Made by a program: the position numbers and the translations under genes. Shown here one piece after another: positions 29,864 to 41,201 of a stretch of DNA of 64,000 nt. The notes beneath the pieces were generated by a model, which was given only the letters and a program-made list of their open reading frames with translations, searched no databases and was not told where the DNA came from. Origin of the DNA: an uncultured Alphaproteobacteria bacterium (lineage in GTDB: Bacteria; Pseudomonadota; Alphaproteobacteria; Rhizobiales; Beijerinckiaceae); contig CAWGPR010000003.1 in assembly GCA_963824475.1 (NCBI GenBank), positions 10,737-74,736 of the forward strand, read 5' to 3'. Each line of letters opens with the position of its first letter. Position 1 is the stretch's first letter.

Positions 29864-31348
29864 ATGCGACGCCTCAATCGCAGCCGTTTGTTGGAGCTGG
29901 CGCCATCGGTGCGCCAGCCGCAATATGATCGCGACAACCTTCAGATTGGCATCGCGCATATCGGCGTCGGGGCTTTCCATCGCTGCCATCAGGCCGAATT
30001 CATCGACGATATGCTCGAGGCGCGATTCGGGCGATGGGGCGTGCTCGGCGTGAACCTCGTGGCGCCGAGCCTCACCGATCTCCTGGCCCCGCAGGACTGT
30101 CTCTATTCCCGCACGCTACGACAGGACGAGCACGCCGAGACCCGTATCATCGGCGCGCTGCGCCACGTGATCGACGTCAAGGACAAGGCGAGCGCCGAGG
30201 CCGCCATCGCCGCGCTCGGCGGGCCTGAGATTTCTGTCATGACGATCACGGTCACCGAAAAAGGCTATTGCTTGACGCCGTCGACCGGCGCGCCCGATTT
30301 CGACAATCCGGCGCTTCGCGCGGACCTTGAAGGCGCCTTTCCACCACGCACGCTCCTCGGCCTGCTGGCGCTTGCGCTCGATCGGCGGCGGCAGGCTGCG
30401 GGAGCGCCGCTGACGCTGATCAGCTGCGACAACGTTCCGTCCAACGGTGCGCGGCTCGGTGCGGCGATGCTGGAGTTTGCGGGTTTGCGCTCGGCGGCGC
30501 TGACGCGGTGGATCGGGGACCGCGTCAGGTTCCCATGCACGATGGTCGACCGGATCGTGCCGGCGACAACGCCGGACGACGTCGAGGAAGTCTCTGGCGC
30601 GCTTGGCGCGCTTGATTCCGCCGCGGTTGTCGGCGAGCCGTTCCGGCAATGGGTCATCGAGGATAAATTCGCCGGCGAGCGGCCGCCTCTGGACCTCGTA
30701 GGCGCGCAGTTCGTCGCCAACTCGAAGCCTTACGAACAGATCAAGATGCGCGTCCTCAACGCCGCGCAATCGACATTGGCGCACCAAGGCGCGCTCGTCG
30801 GCCACGAATTCACTTATCAGGCCGCAGCCGATCCGGTGCTTGCGGCCCTCACTCGCAGGATGCTCGAGCGCGAAACATCCGCCACGCTGCCGAAGCTCGC
30901 GGGAATGGAGGCTGCTCCGTACATAGATCTGTCGATGACGCGCATCCGCAACGCCGCCATTCGTCACCGATGCCATCAGATTGGCGCCGACGGATCGCAG
31001 AAGATTGTCCAGCGTCTCATCGATCCTTTACGCGAGCGTCTTGCAGCCAGCCAATCGGCCGACTTGCTCACGCTCGCGGTCGCCAGCTGGATCGCCTATG
31101 GCTTGAGCGGCGCGCGTCGCTTCGGGGCGCGTTGGACGCCGGCGGACCCTTATGCGGACATCGTCATCGGAATTGGCGAAAAGGGCTCCGACTGGGGAGA
31201 ATTGGCCAAGGCCGTTCTCGCCATCGCCCCCATCTTCGGCGCGGATATGGCGCGCTCGCAGCTCATCGAACCGATCGCGCGGCATTTGCGCGGCCTGCTT
31301 GACGGAGACGTGCGCGGCTACCTGACGGAGCGCCTCGGCGATGAATAG
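29864..31348 (+). CDS. Mannitol dehydrogenase family protein (polyol or hexuronate oxidoreductase)
   Basis: IAHIGVGAFHRCHQA, TITVTEKGY, SCDNVPSNG, MVDRIVP motifs. Confidence 0.85.
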   Translation: MRRLNRSRLLELAPSVRQPQYDRDNLQIGIAHIGVGAFHRCHQAEFIDDMLEARFGRWGVLGVNLVAPSLTDLLAPQDCLYSRTLRQDEHAETRIIGALRHVIDVKDKASAEAAIAALGGPEISVMTITVTEKGYCLTPSTGAPDFDNPALRADLEGAFPPRTLLGLLALALDRRRQAAGAPLTLISCDNVPSNGARLGAAMLEFAGLRSAALTRWIGDRVRFPCTMVDRIVPATTPDDVEEVSGALGALDSAAVVGEPFRQWVIEDKFAGERPPLDLVGAQFVANSKPYEQIKMRVLNAAQSTLAHQGALVGHEFTYQAAADPVLAALTRRMLERETSATLPKLAGMEAAPYIDLSMTRIRNAAIRHRCHQIGADGSQKIVQRLIDPLRERLAASQSADLLTLAVASWIAYGLSGARRFGARWTPADPYADIVIGIGEKGSDWGELAKAVLAIAPIFGADMARSQLIEPIARHLRGLLDGDVRGYLTERLGDE

Positions 31349-32297
31349 AGGCAGGTCCATCGAACGGTCCGATCGCGCCGCGGCAGTCGCGAACGCCGGC
31401 GTCGGCGCAGCGCTCGGCTACTCGCGACCTGGAAGCTATGAAGAGCTTCGGGCGGTGCTGTCCTCCGGGACCGCCCGGCTCCCCAAGAAGCTTCGCCAGG
31501 TTGCGATCCATCTTTGGCAGCATCCGACCGCGGTCGCGCTCGGCACCGTGACCAGCGTGGCCGGCGAGGCCGGCGTGCAGCCCTCGACCTTGGTGCGGTT
31601 CGCGCAAGCCTTCGGTTATAGAGGATTTTCTGACCTGCAAGAGGTGTTCAAGGCCCATCTTGCGGATGGAGGCCGGGGGAGCCGCGACCGAGCGCAACCG
31701 CATTGGGAGGGCGCTTCGAGCGGGGAGGCCGCGAGCCTTGTCGACGGGTTCATAGGCTCGTCCGCAACATCGCTCGCTCGCGTGCGGGACCGGCTCGACC
31801 TCGCCCAATTCGAGGTCATGAGCCAGACGCTGGCGGCGGCGGATCTCATCTACATCATCGGCTCCAAGCGCGCCTTCTCGCTGGTGAGCTACGTCTCGCT
31901 CGCGCTCGCCAATCTCAGCGTGCGCAACCTTGCGCTCGATAATGTCGGCTCGAACGCATTCGAGCTCCTCCGTTGCGCATCGGCCGCCGACGTGGTCTTT
32001 GCCGTCAGCTTTACGCCTTACAATTCCATTACGCCGGAATTGGCCGCTTCCGCCGCCCAGCGCGGCGTTCCGATCGTATCGATGACCGACAGCGCGTTCA
32101 GCCCGTTGGTTCCGGTTTCGAAGGCCTATATCGAGGTGATTGAAGAGAGTTTCTCCGGGTTCAAGTCGCTTTCCGCGACGCTCGCGGTGGCGATGGCGCT
32201 GGTGCTGCGCGTCGAGCAGCGGCGCAGCGAAGCGGCCTCGCCCGTGCACGCCCCGTCGAGCTCGGTCCGGCCCCGCCTGAAGCTGGAAGACGATTGA
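31341..32297 (+). CDS. MurR/RpiR family transcriptional regulator (HTH_6 plus SIS domain)
   Basis: LPKKLRQVAIHLWQHP...SVAGEAGVQPSTLVRFAQAFGYRGFSDLQ HTH. SIS-like IYIIGSKRAF. Confidence 0.85.
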   Translation: MNRGRSIERSDRAAAVANAGVGAALGYSRPGSYEELRAVLSSGTARLPKKLRQVAIHLWQHPTAVALGTVTSVAGEAGVQPSTLVRFAQAFGYRGFSDLQEVFKAHLADGGRGSRDRAQPHWEGASSGEAASLVDGFIGSSATSLARVRDRLDLAQFEVMSQTLAAADLIYIIGSKRAFSLVSYVSLALANLSVRNLALDNVGSNAFELLRCASAADVVFAVSFTPYNSITPELAASAAQRGVPIVSMTDSAFSPLVPVSKAYIEVIEESFSGFKSLSATLAVAMALVLRVEQRRSEAASPVHAPSSSVRPRLKLEDD

Positions 32298-32336
32298 TCC
32301 GCGCAAGCGGCCTTAAGCTTTTCGGGAGGATATCAG

Positions 32337-33413
32337 ATGCGCAAATGGCGGATCGTCGGCTTGAGTTTCGAACACATGCACATGGGCGACCTCCTGCGCG
32401 AGGCCTACGAGCATCCCAATGCCGAGATCGCCGGGGTGTGCGACAAGGACAAAGCGAGGATGGCAGACACGATCGCCAACTTCTCCATCCCCACCGAGCG
32501 CGTCTATCGCGATGCCGCGCAATGCGTGCGAGAGGCGCATCCGGATCTTGCAATCCTCTGTCCGGCGACCGCGCGACATGCGGACGTGGTCGAAGAGGTC
32601 GCCGCGCTCGGCGTCGACATCCTGCTGGAAAAGCCTTTCGCCGCCTCGCTCGCCGACGCCGACCGGATCCTTGCGGCCATCAAGAGGTCGGGAGTGCGGC
32701 TCGCCATCAACTGGCCTTTGCGCTGGTATCCGCCGCATGTGACGACCAAGCGGCTGATCGACGAGGGGCTCATCGGCGACGTGATCGAGGTTCACTTTTA
32801 CGACGGCAACCGCGGTCCGCTCTATCATCGCGCCGACAAGGTCGTCGTGTCGGACGAGGATGTGCGGCGCGAGAAGCCGACGTCATGGTGGTACAGCAAG
32901 GTCGCGGGCGGCGGCAGCCTGCTCGACTATCTGGGCTACGGCGCAACGCTCGGGACCTGGTTCATGAACGGCGAGGCGCCGATCGAGGTGACCGCAGTCG
33001 TCGATCAGCCGCAGCGACTCGAAGTCGACGAGCATTCCATCACCATCTGCCGCTACGCCCGTGGCCTGTCGAAACTCGAAACGCGCTGGGGGACGTTCAC
33101 CGATCCCTGGACCACGCAGCCGCAGCCCAAGTGCGGTTTTGTCGTCGTCGGTTCGGAAGGCACGATTTCGAGTTATGACTACGAGCCGCATGTCAGTGTT
33201 CAAACTCGCGTCGACCCGACGATCCGCCAAATTCCTGCCGACGAATTGAAGGCGCCGTTTCGCAACCCGGTTGAATACGTGCTCCATTGCAAGGAGCAGG
33301 GCCTGCCGTTCGAGGGGCCTCTGGACCCCCCGCTCTGTCGGACCGCGCAGCGCATTGTCGACACTGCGGCGCTCTCCGCGCGTGAGCGGCGCACGCTGGC
33401 TCTGCTGCCATGA
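32337..33413 (+). CDS. Gfo/Idh/MocA family oxidoreductase
   Basis: WRIVGLSFEHMHMGDLL start, LLEKPFA motif. GGAG upstream. Confidence 0.8.
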   Translation: MRKWRIVGLSFEHMHMGDLLREAYEHPNAEIAGVCDKDKARMADTIANFSIPTERVYRDAAQCVREAHPDLAILCPATARHADVVEEVAALGVDILLEKPFAASLADADRILAAIKRSGVRLAINWPLRWYPPHVTTKRLIDEGLIGDVIEVHFYDGNRGPLYHRADKVVVSDEDVRREKPTSWWYSKVAGGGSLLDYLGYGATLGTWFMNGEAPIEVTAVVDQPQRLEVDEHSITICRYARGLSKLETRWGTFTDPWTTQPQPKCGFVVVGSEGTISSYDYEPHVSVQTRVDPTIRQIPADELKAPFRNPVEYVLHCKEQGLPFEGPLDPPLCRTAQRIVDTAALSARERRTLALLP

Positions 33414-34519
33414 CTGAGATGGAAGCGGGGAAGGCCGAAGGACCTTCGGCCGACGATTATGCGTTGGTCGCCAAGGCCGCGGTGGAGGTCGAAGCGCCGG
33501 ACTTGCCCTATCGTCCCCCAATGCCGCGCAACCGTGGCGCGCCGATCGCGCTGGTCGGCGCGGGCGGCATCAGCGGGGCGCATCTCGACGCCTATGCGCG
33601 CCACGGCCTCAACGTCGTTGCGATCTTCTCGCGCGACCTCGATCGCGCCCGTGCGCGGCGCGACGCCTATTTCCCTGGAGCGCGGGTCACCGACGATTTC
33701 AATTCTCTGTTGCGCGATCCCAACGTGAGCGTTCTAGACCTCACCGCGCACGCGGACGTCCGCCTCGACCTCATGCGGCGCGCGCTGAACGCTGATAAGC
33801 ACGTGCTGTCGCAAAAGCCGTTCGTCGAGGACCTCGACGACGGCCGCGAACTCGTTGAGCTTGCGGAGCGGCGCGGCCTCAAGCTCGCGGTCAATCAGAA
33901 CGGCCGCTGGGCGCCGCATCTCGCCTATATCCGGGAGGCGGTCTATGCTGGCCTCATCGGCGAAGTCACTGGCGTTCATGTCGAGATCCGCTGGAACCAC
34001 GGCTGGATCGCCGGAACGCCGTTCGAAGCCATGGACGATCTCATCCTCTGGGATTTCGGCATCCATTGGTTCGATTTTCTCGCGAGCGTCATCGACGACC
34101 GCGCCCATCTCGTTCATGCGACGGCCGCCCGAGCCGCCGGACAGACCGCGCGGCCCCCGCTGCTGGCTCAGGCGCTCATCGCCTTTGACGGCGGTCAGGC
34201 CTCGCTTGTTTTCGACGGCGCGACCCGATATGGCGCGCGCAATTCGACTTCGGTCATCGGCGCGAAGGGCGTCGTCTCCAGCATGGGGCCCGACCTCGGC
34301 CATCAGTCGGTCGAACTCTATACCGAAGCGGGAGTCGCCAGGCCGCGTCTTACGGGCGCCTGGTTCAACGACGGCTTCGCCGGCGCCATGGGCGAACTCT
34401 TGTGCGCAATCGAAGACGGGCGGGAGCCGCTGAACTCGGCGCGCGGCAATCTTTGGTCGCTCAAGCTGTGTCAGGCGGCGCTGCGCTCGGTCCAGAGCGG
34501 TATCCCCGCGCCTGTCTGA
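33410..34519 (+). CDS. Gfo/Idh/MocA family oxidoreductase
   Basis: IALVGAGGISGAHLDAY, VLSQKPF. 4-nt overlap with the upstream gene. Confidence 0.8.
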   Translation: MTEMEAGKAEGPSADDYALVAKAAVEVEAPDLPYRPPMPRNRGAPIALVGAGGISGAHLDAYARHGLNVVAIFSRDLDRARARRDAYFPGARVTDDFNSLLRDPNVSVLDLTAHADVRLDLMRRALNADKHVLSQKPFVEDLDDGRELVELAERRGLKLAVNQNGRWAPHLAYIREAVYAGLIGEVTGVHVEIRWNHGWIAGTPFEAMDDLILWDFGIHWFDFLASVIDDRAHLVHATAARAAGQTARPPLLAQALIAFDGGQASLVFDGATRYGARNSTSVIGAKGVVSSMGPDLGHQSVELYTEAGVARPRLTGAWFNDGFAGAMGELLCAIEDGREPLNSARGNLWSLKLCQAALRSVQSGIPAPV

Positions 34520-34590
34520 GCGACGGAGACAACCGAACCGTCAGCAGGGCGTCGCCGTCGCCTGTGATAAGATCGCGGGGGAGAAACGCG

Positions 34591-36166
34591 ATGGCGAAGG
34601 GAGACGTTCAAACCTCGGAAAGGCCGCTGCGGCCGCTTCAGCTCGACCCCGAGCGCGCCAAGCGAGCCGACAGGCCGCCCTATGCGATCGTCGACATCGG
34701 CTCGAACTCGATCCGGCTCCTGGTCTATGACCAACTCGGCCGGGCGCCGCTGCCACGCTTCAATGAAAAATCGCTTGCCCGTCTCGCCGAAGGACTGGCT
34801 GACACTGGCGCAATCGCGCCTGACCATTTTCGTCGAGCGGTCGAGGCCGTGCGGCGATTCCGCGCCATCGCCGAGGCCATGGGCGTTGCTCGAAATCGAC
34901 GCCGTGGCGACGGAGGCCATGCGTCGCGCTTCGAACGGGCCGAAGCTTGCTCTGGCGATTGAAGCGGAGTCAGGCCTGAAGGTGCGCATCCTCAGCGGGG
35001 CCGAGGAAGCCCGGTTCGCGACGCTCGGCGTCATTTCCGGCTTCTTCCGGCCAGTCGGGGCGGTCGGCGACATGGGCGGCGGCAGCCTCGAAGTCGCGGA
35101 AGCGATCGATGAGCATGTGGGAGATGGCTGGGTCAGTCTGCCGCTCGGCGCCCTGCCGGTCGAGGCGATGCTGGCGGCGGGCGTCTCGGCGGCGAAGCGG
35201 CAAATCGACGAAATTCTGCGTTCGCGCCTACCACGCGCGCTGGCAAGGCCGGTGTTCTACGCGGTCGGTGGCGGCTGGCGGGCGCTGGCGAAGGCCCACA
35301 TGGACGCGGTCGGCGCGCCGGTCAGAGTCGTCCACGGCTATACCCTCGCCGCCGCCGAGGCGCGAAAATTCGCGCGAGCAGTCTCGCGGCTCAGCGCAGC
35401 GAAACTGGCGGCGACGCCGGCCGTGGCGGAACGCCGGGCGCGCACCTTGCCGGCGGCGGCGCTGACGTTGGATCGCGTGCTGAAATACCTGAAGCCCGGA
35501 CGCGTCGTCTTTTCCGCTCTCGGCCTGCGCGAGGGATTTCTCTATTCGCAGCTGAGCCAAGAGGAACAATATCTCGATCCCCTGATCGAGGGCGCGCAGC
35601 TGATCGGCCTGCCGCTCGCGCGCGTGCCCGAATTCGCGCCCGAGCTTGTGTCCTGGACCGAAAACCTTTTTTCGCCCGAAACCGCCCCTGAGAAGAGGCT
35701 GCGCGTCGCCGTCTGCGCGCTGTCCGATATCGCCTGGAGAGACGCGCCCGACCTCCGGGCGGAAGAGAGTTTTCGCCGGCTGCTCGAGTTTCCATTCATC
35801 GGCGTCACCCACCCGGAGAGGGTGTTCATCGCTGCCGCGATTCACGCGCGCTACGTCGGCCGACCGGACGCGCCGTGGCTGAGCCCGGCCATTAAGCTGC
35901 TCACGCCGGCGGATCGCCGCCGGGCGCAGATCCTCGGCCGCGCGATCCTGCTCGCCTATCGCTTTTCCGGCGGCGTGCCGGCCATGCTGGAAAGCGCGCG
36001 ATTGCGCATCGAGCCAGATAGCGTGCGGCTCGAAGTCGCCGCGGCCGCCCGCGCCCCCGACAGCGAAGTGGTGATCGACCGGCTCAAGCTGCTCGCCAGC
36101 GCCATTGGCGTCAAGCACAGCGAGGTCGTCGACATCGACGCGGTCGCCGAGCGGGCTGATGAATGA
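34591..36166 (+). pseudogene. ppx: Ppx/GppA family exopolyphosphatase/phosphatase; frame broken by a 1-nt insertion at 34892-34897
   Basis: YAIVDIGSNSIRLLVYD...AIAEAMGVA is in frame 1. (L)EIDAVATEAMRRASNG...GDMGGGSLE is in frame 2. Reading CGAATC instead of CGAAATC gives GVARIDAVATEAMRRA. Confidence 0.85.
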
Positions 36167-36255
36167 GGATCGGGGAATCTCGACGCTCAGCCACAACACT
36201 GCCCGACCACAACCCAATCTGTGTTCGGAGCAAGGGCAAATATATCGGCGAGCTG

Positions 36256-36702
36256 TTAGCCATCGGCGCAGACTGTCGGCGGCGGCCTGGGCAAAGCGCA
36301 GCAAGAGCGCGCGGCGGCTGGCCGGCGCCATGCGCTTGAGTTCGGCTTCGCGCACGATCTCCGCGCCGTAAGAATCGGCGACGATGAGGCCTGCCTCCAG
36401 GGGCATCAAGTCGGCCGGCGTGCCCTCCGAGATGGCGAAATAGAGCCGGTCGCAGCCGGCGGCGTCGTCACGCCATTTCCGATCGGCGCGAAAGTCCGCC
36501 GACGACGACTTGACCTCGACGATCAGCACCTCGCCGTCGCGATTGACCGCCGCGATGTCGCGCGGCGCCGGTCGGTCAGCGAAAGTTCAGTCAGGCTCGA
36601 GAAGCCGCGCGCCCGGAGCCGCCGCCGCACGCCGCGCGCGATCATCAGCGCCGCTTCCGATTGGCGTCCGTCCGCCGGAAGCGCTTGTCTTTCTTTCCAC
36701 AT
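36256..36702 (-). pseudogene. MmcB-family DNA repair protein; at least one 1-nt deletion near 36556-36562 and probably a second indel that removes the stop
   Basis: N-terminus MWKERQ...RGVRRRLRARGFSSLTELSLTDRRRA is in one frame. DIAAVNRDGEVLIVEVKSSSADFRADRKW...CDRLYFA...GLIVADSYGAEI is in another. The observed frame then runs on antisense through ppx. Dropping one C in CGCC near 36265 would give ...ADSLRDG-stop at 36256. Confidence 0.55.
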
Positions 36703-38311
36703 CAGGCGGCTCTCGCGTCGGCAAGGATCATCTCGGCCGCCTTTTCGGCGATCATCATGGTCGGCGAGCCGGTGTTGCCGGAGGTGATGCGCGGCATCAC
36801 GGAAGCGTCGGCGACGCGCAAGCCGTCAAGACCCTGGACCTTGAGCCTTTCGTCGACCACCGCCAACGGATCCTGCGCCGATCCCATTTTCGCGGTCCCA
36901 ACGGGATGGAAGATCGTCGTGCCGATCTCGCCCGCCGCCCGCACAAGCTCATCGTCCGACTGCAGGCTTGCGCCGGGCTTGAGTTCTCGCGGCGCGTATC
37001 GCGCAAGAGAGGGCGCCGCGGCGAGGCGGCGCGTAAGACGGATCGAGTCCACCGCGACCCGCTCGTCGGCAAGCGCCGAAAGATAGTTCGGCTGGATGGC
37101 GGGCGCCGCGCGCGGATCGGCGCTCAGGGCGTGGGTCGAGCCCCGGCTCTCCGGGCGCAGGTTGCAGACGCTGATCGTGATCGCCGGATAGGCGTGCATG
37201 GGTTCGCCGAAGCGGTCCAGCGAGAGCGGCTGGACATGGAATTCGATATTGGCGGTGTCGTAGTCGGGCGAGGACTTGGCGAACAGGCCAAGCTGCGAGG
37301 GCGCCATCGTCATCGGCCCGCGCCTGCGCACCGCGTAGTCGAGCCCGATCATTGCCCGCTTGAACAGGGACTGATAGTCGACATTGAGCGTGCGCGCGCC
37401 CTCGATGCCAAAGATTGCCCTGAGCTGCAGATGGTCCTGCAGGTTTTCGCCGACCCCAGGCAGCGAATGGACTACGGGGACGCCGAGCGCCCTGAGACGA
37501 TCCGGCGCGCCCACGCCCGAAAGCTCCAGAAGCTGCGGCGAGCCGATTGCGCCCGCCGCCAGGATGACTTCGCCGCTCGCCCGAGCCTCGCGGCTCACAC
37601 CGTCTTGGCTGTAGCGCAAGCCCACGGCGCGGCGGCCCTCGAACAGGATGCGCTCGACATGCGCGCCGGTGGCTAGGCGCAGGTTCGGCCGCTTGAGGAT
37701 CGGCTTCAAAAACGCGGTCGCCGCGCTCCAACGCCGCCCGCGACGCTGGTTGACCTCGAAATAGCTCGAACCTCCGTTGTCACCGCGATTGAAATCGTCG
37801 ATCTTCGGAATACCAATCTCGACCCCGGCCTCGCGCACGGCGTCGAGGATCGCCCACGAGACGCGCGGGCGCTCGACCCGCCATTCGCCGCCCTTCCCAT
37901 GCAGGGCGCTCGCGCCGCCGTGATGGTCCTCCTGGCGGAGGAAATAGGGCAGCACGTCCTCCCAGCCCCAGCCGGCAAGGCCGAGCTGGCGCCAGCCGTC
38001 GTAGTCGGCCGCCTGGCCGCGCATATAGATCATGGCGTTGATCGCGGAGCAGCCTCCCACCACCCGGCCGCGCGGATAGGCGATCGAGCGGCCGCCGAGG
38101 TTCGCCTCCGGCGCGGTCTTGAACATCCAGTCGGCGCGCGGATTGCCGATCGCGTAGAGATAGCCGACGGGAATGTGGAACCAGATCCAATTATCAGCGC
38201 CGCCGGCCTCGACGATGAGCACGCGGTTGCGGGGATCGCGGCTCAGCCGATTGGCGAGCACGCAGCCGGCCGAGCCGGCGCCGACGACAATGAAGTCGTA
38301 GGTTTCCTCGC

Positions 38312-38315
<4 letters not shown>
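36702..38315 (-). CDS. GMC family oxidoreductase (choline-dehydrogenase-like flavoprotein)
   Basis: [23 protein letters not shown] motif, [10 protein letters not shown]-terminal HPVGTAKMG and SGNT. Confidence 0.9.
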
Positions 38316-39270
<955 letters not shown>

Positions 39271-39274
<4 letters not shown>

Positions 39275-40275
39275 GAATCCACTCCTTGGAGCTCAAGCGC
39301 GTTGGGAATCCCACGGATAAGCGGCGTCAGACATCGCGCGCGGCCAAGCGCGGCGTCCGCCGGCTGCGGCGCGACCTCATGGCAGGCGTCGAAAGCAAAG
39401 GCGCAGCGCGGCGAGAATACGCAGCCGCGCGGCCGGTCGAACGGCCCTGGCACGACGCCGGGAATCGCCGGCAGGCGCCGCCCGCTCGCCCGCTCCGGCA
39501 ATGCCGCCAGAAGCGCAGCGGTATAGGGATGATGCGGATCGGCGAAAAGTTCGCGCGTGCTGTTCGTCTCCATTTGCTGGCCGGCGTATTGGACGATGAC
39601 CCGGTCGGCAGTTTCAGCGACCACCCCCATGTCATGGGTGATGAGCACAAGCCCCATTCCGTTGTCGCGACGCTCCCGCATCAGAAGATCGAGGATTTGC
39701 GCCTGAATGGTGACGTCGAGCGCCGTCGTCGGCTCGTCGGCGATCAGGAGCTTCGGCCGGCAGGCAAGCGCCATTGCGATCATAACGCGCTGGCTCATGC
39801 CGCCCGAAAGCTGGTGGGGATAGGCGTGCGCCCGGCGCGCCGGATCGGGAATGCCGACTTCCGCCAGAAGGTCGACGCTGCGCCGGTCGCGCGCGGCGCG
39901 GCTGAGGTTGAGGTGGGTCTTCAGCGTTTCGCCGATCTGAAAGCCGACAGTGAAACACGGATTGAGCGACGACATCGGCTCCTGGAAGATCATCGCCATG
40001 TCCTTGCCGGCGAGCCGGCGCCGCTCATCTGCGGTGATCGACAAGAGGTCCGCGCCATCGAAGGCCATGCGGTCCGCGGAGACGGTCGCGGTCGGAGGCA
40101 ATAGGCCCATCGCCGCCAGCATCGCCACCGACTTACCGGAGCCCGATTCGCCGACGATCGCCAGCACTTCGTTGCGCTCGAGCGTGAGATCGAACCCGTC
40201 CACCGCCTTGAACGCGCCGTGCTGTGTCGCAAACGAAACGCTAAGATTGCGGATTTCGAGCAGAGGCGGCGTCAT
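39271..40275 (-). CDS. dppD: Dipeptide/oligopeptide ABC transporter ATP-binding protein
   Basis: [32 protein letters not shown]. Confidence 0.85.
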
Positions 40276-41201
40276 CAGCCCCTCCGCATCTTGGGATCGA
40301 GCGCGTCGCGCAGGCCGTCGCCAGTCAGATTAATGGCGATGACGGTGATGAGAATGGCCAAGCCGGGGAGTGTAACAATCCAGGGATCGGAGCGGATGAA
40401 TTCGCGCGAGTCTGCGAGCATCGAGCCCCATTCCGGCGTCGGCGGCTGGGCGCCGAGCCCAAGAAAACCGAGCGCCGCCGCCTCGAGAATGGCGCTCGAT
40501 ACGCCAAGCGCCGCCTGCACGATGAGGGGGGCGAGGCAGTTTGGCAGCACGGTCGAACAGGCGAGCCGGAGCGGCCCGACGCCGACCACGCGCGCGGCGG
40601 TCACATAGTCCTTGCCAAGTTCGCCGAAGGCGGAAGCGCGCGCCAGACGCACGTAGCCCGGCAGATAGACGATCGTCACGGCAATGATGGTGTTGGCGAG
40701 GCTCGGCCCGAGAACCGCAACGACGAGCACAGCGAGCACCAGGCTCGGCACGGCCATGATCAAATCCATCAGGCGCGTAATGACCACGTCGGCAATTGGG
40801 CCGGTCATCGCCGCCGCGAGCCCGAGCGCCACGCCGACAATGAATGACACGCACATCACCGAAAGGCCAATGAACAGCGACACCCTGGCCCCGAAGATGA
40901 GGCGCGACAGCATGTCGTGACCGTCGCCATCGGTTCCAAGCACGAATCGCCATGAGCCGCCGACTTCCCATACCGGCGGCGTCCGCACTGCATCGCGGAA
41001 CTGCTCGATCGGCGAATGGGGCGCGACGACGTTCGCGGCCAGCGCCAAGAGAACGATGACGGTGAAGACAGCGAGGCCGAACACCGCGCCTCGGTTTTCC
41101 CGGAACGCAGCCCAGAACGACGCCAACGGCGAAGGCTGGGTGAGGACCGCCGCTGCATCCTCGCCGATCGGCGTCGTCAGCGCTGCGACGTCAGCGGGCA
41201 T
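40275..41201 (-). CDS. dppC: Dipeptide ABC transporter permease
   Basis: BPD_transp_1 pattern with N-terminal OppC-like segment; YVTAARVVGVGPLRL. Confidence 0.85.
   Translation of the reverse strand: MPADVAALTTPIGEDAAAVLTQPSPLASFWAAFRENRGAVFGLAVFTVIVLLALAANVVAPHSPIEQFRDAVRTPPVWEVGGSWRFVLGTDGDGHDMLSRLIFGARVSLFIGLSVMCVSFIVGVALGLAAAMTGPIADVVITRLMDLIMAVPSLVLAVLVVAVLGPSLANTIIAVTIVYLPGYVRLARASAFGELGKDYVTAARVVGVGPLRLACSTVLPNCLAPLIVQAALGVSSAILEAAALGFLGLGAQPPTPEWGSMLADSREFIRSDPWIVTLPGLAILITVIAINLTGDGLRDALDPKMRRG

Noticed and set aside
35228-36255. Long C-terminal extension of the mmcB frame (listed as a 433-aa ORF at 35228-36529)
   Set aside because: Only the first about 100 codons resemble MmcB. 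The rest is antisense to ppx with no recognisable content, and is best explained by a lost stop after an indel.
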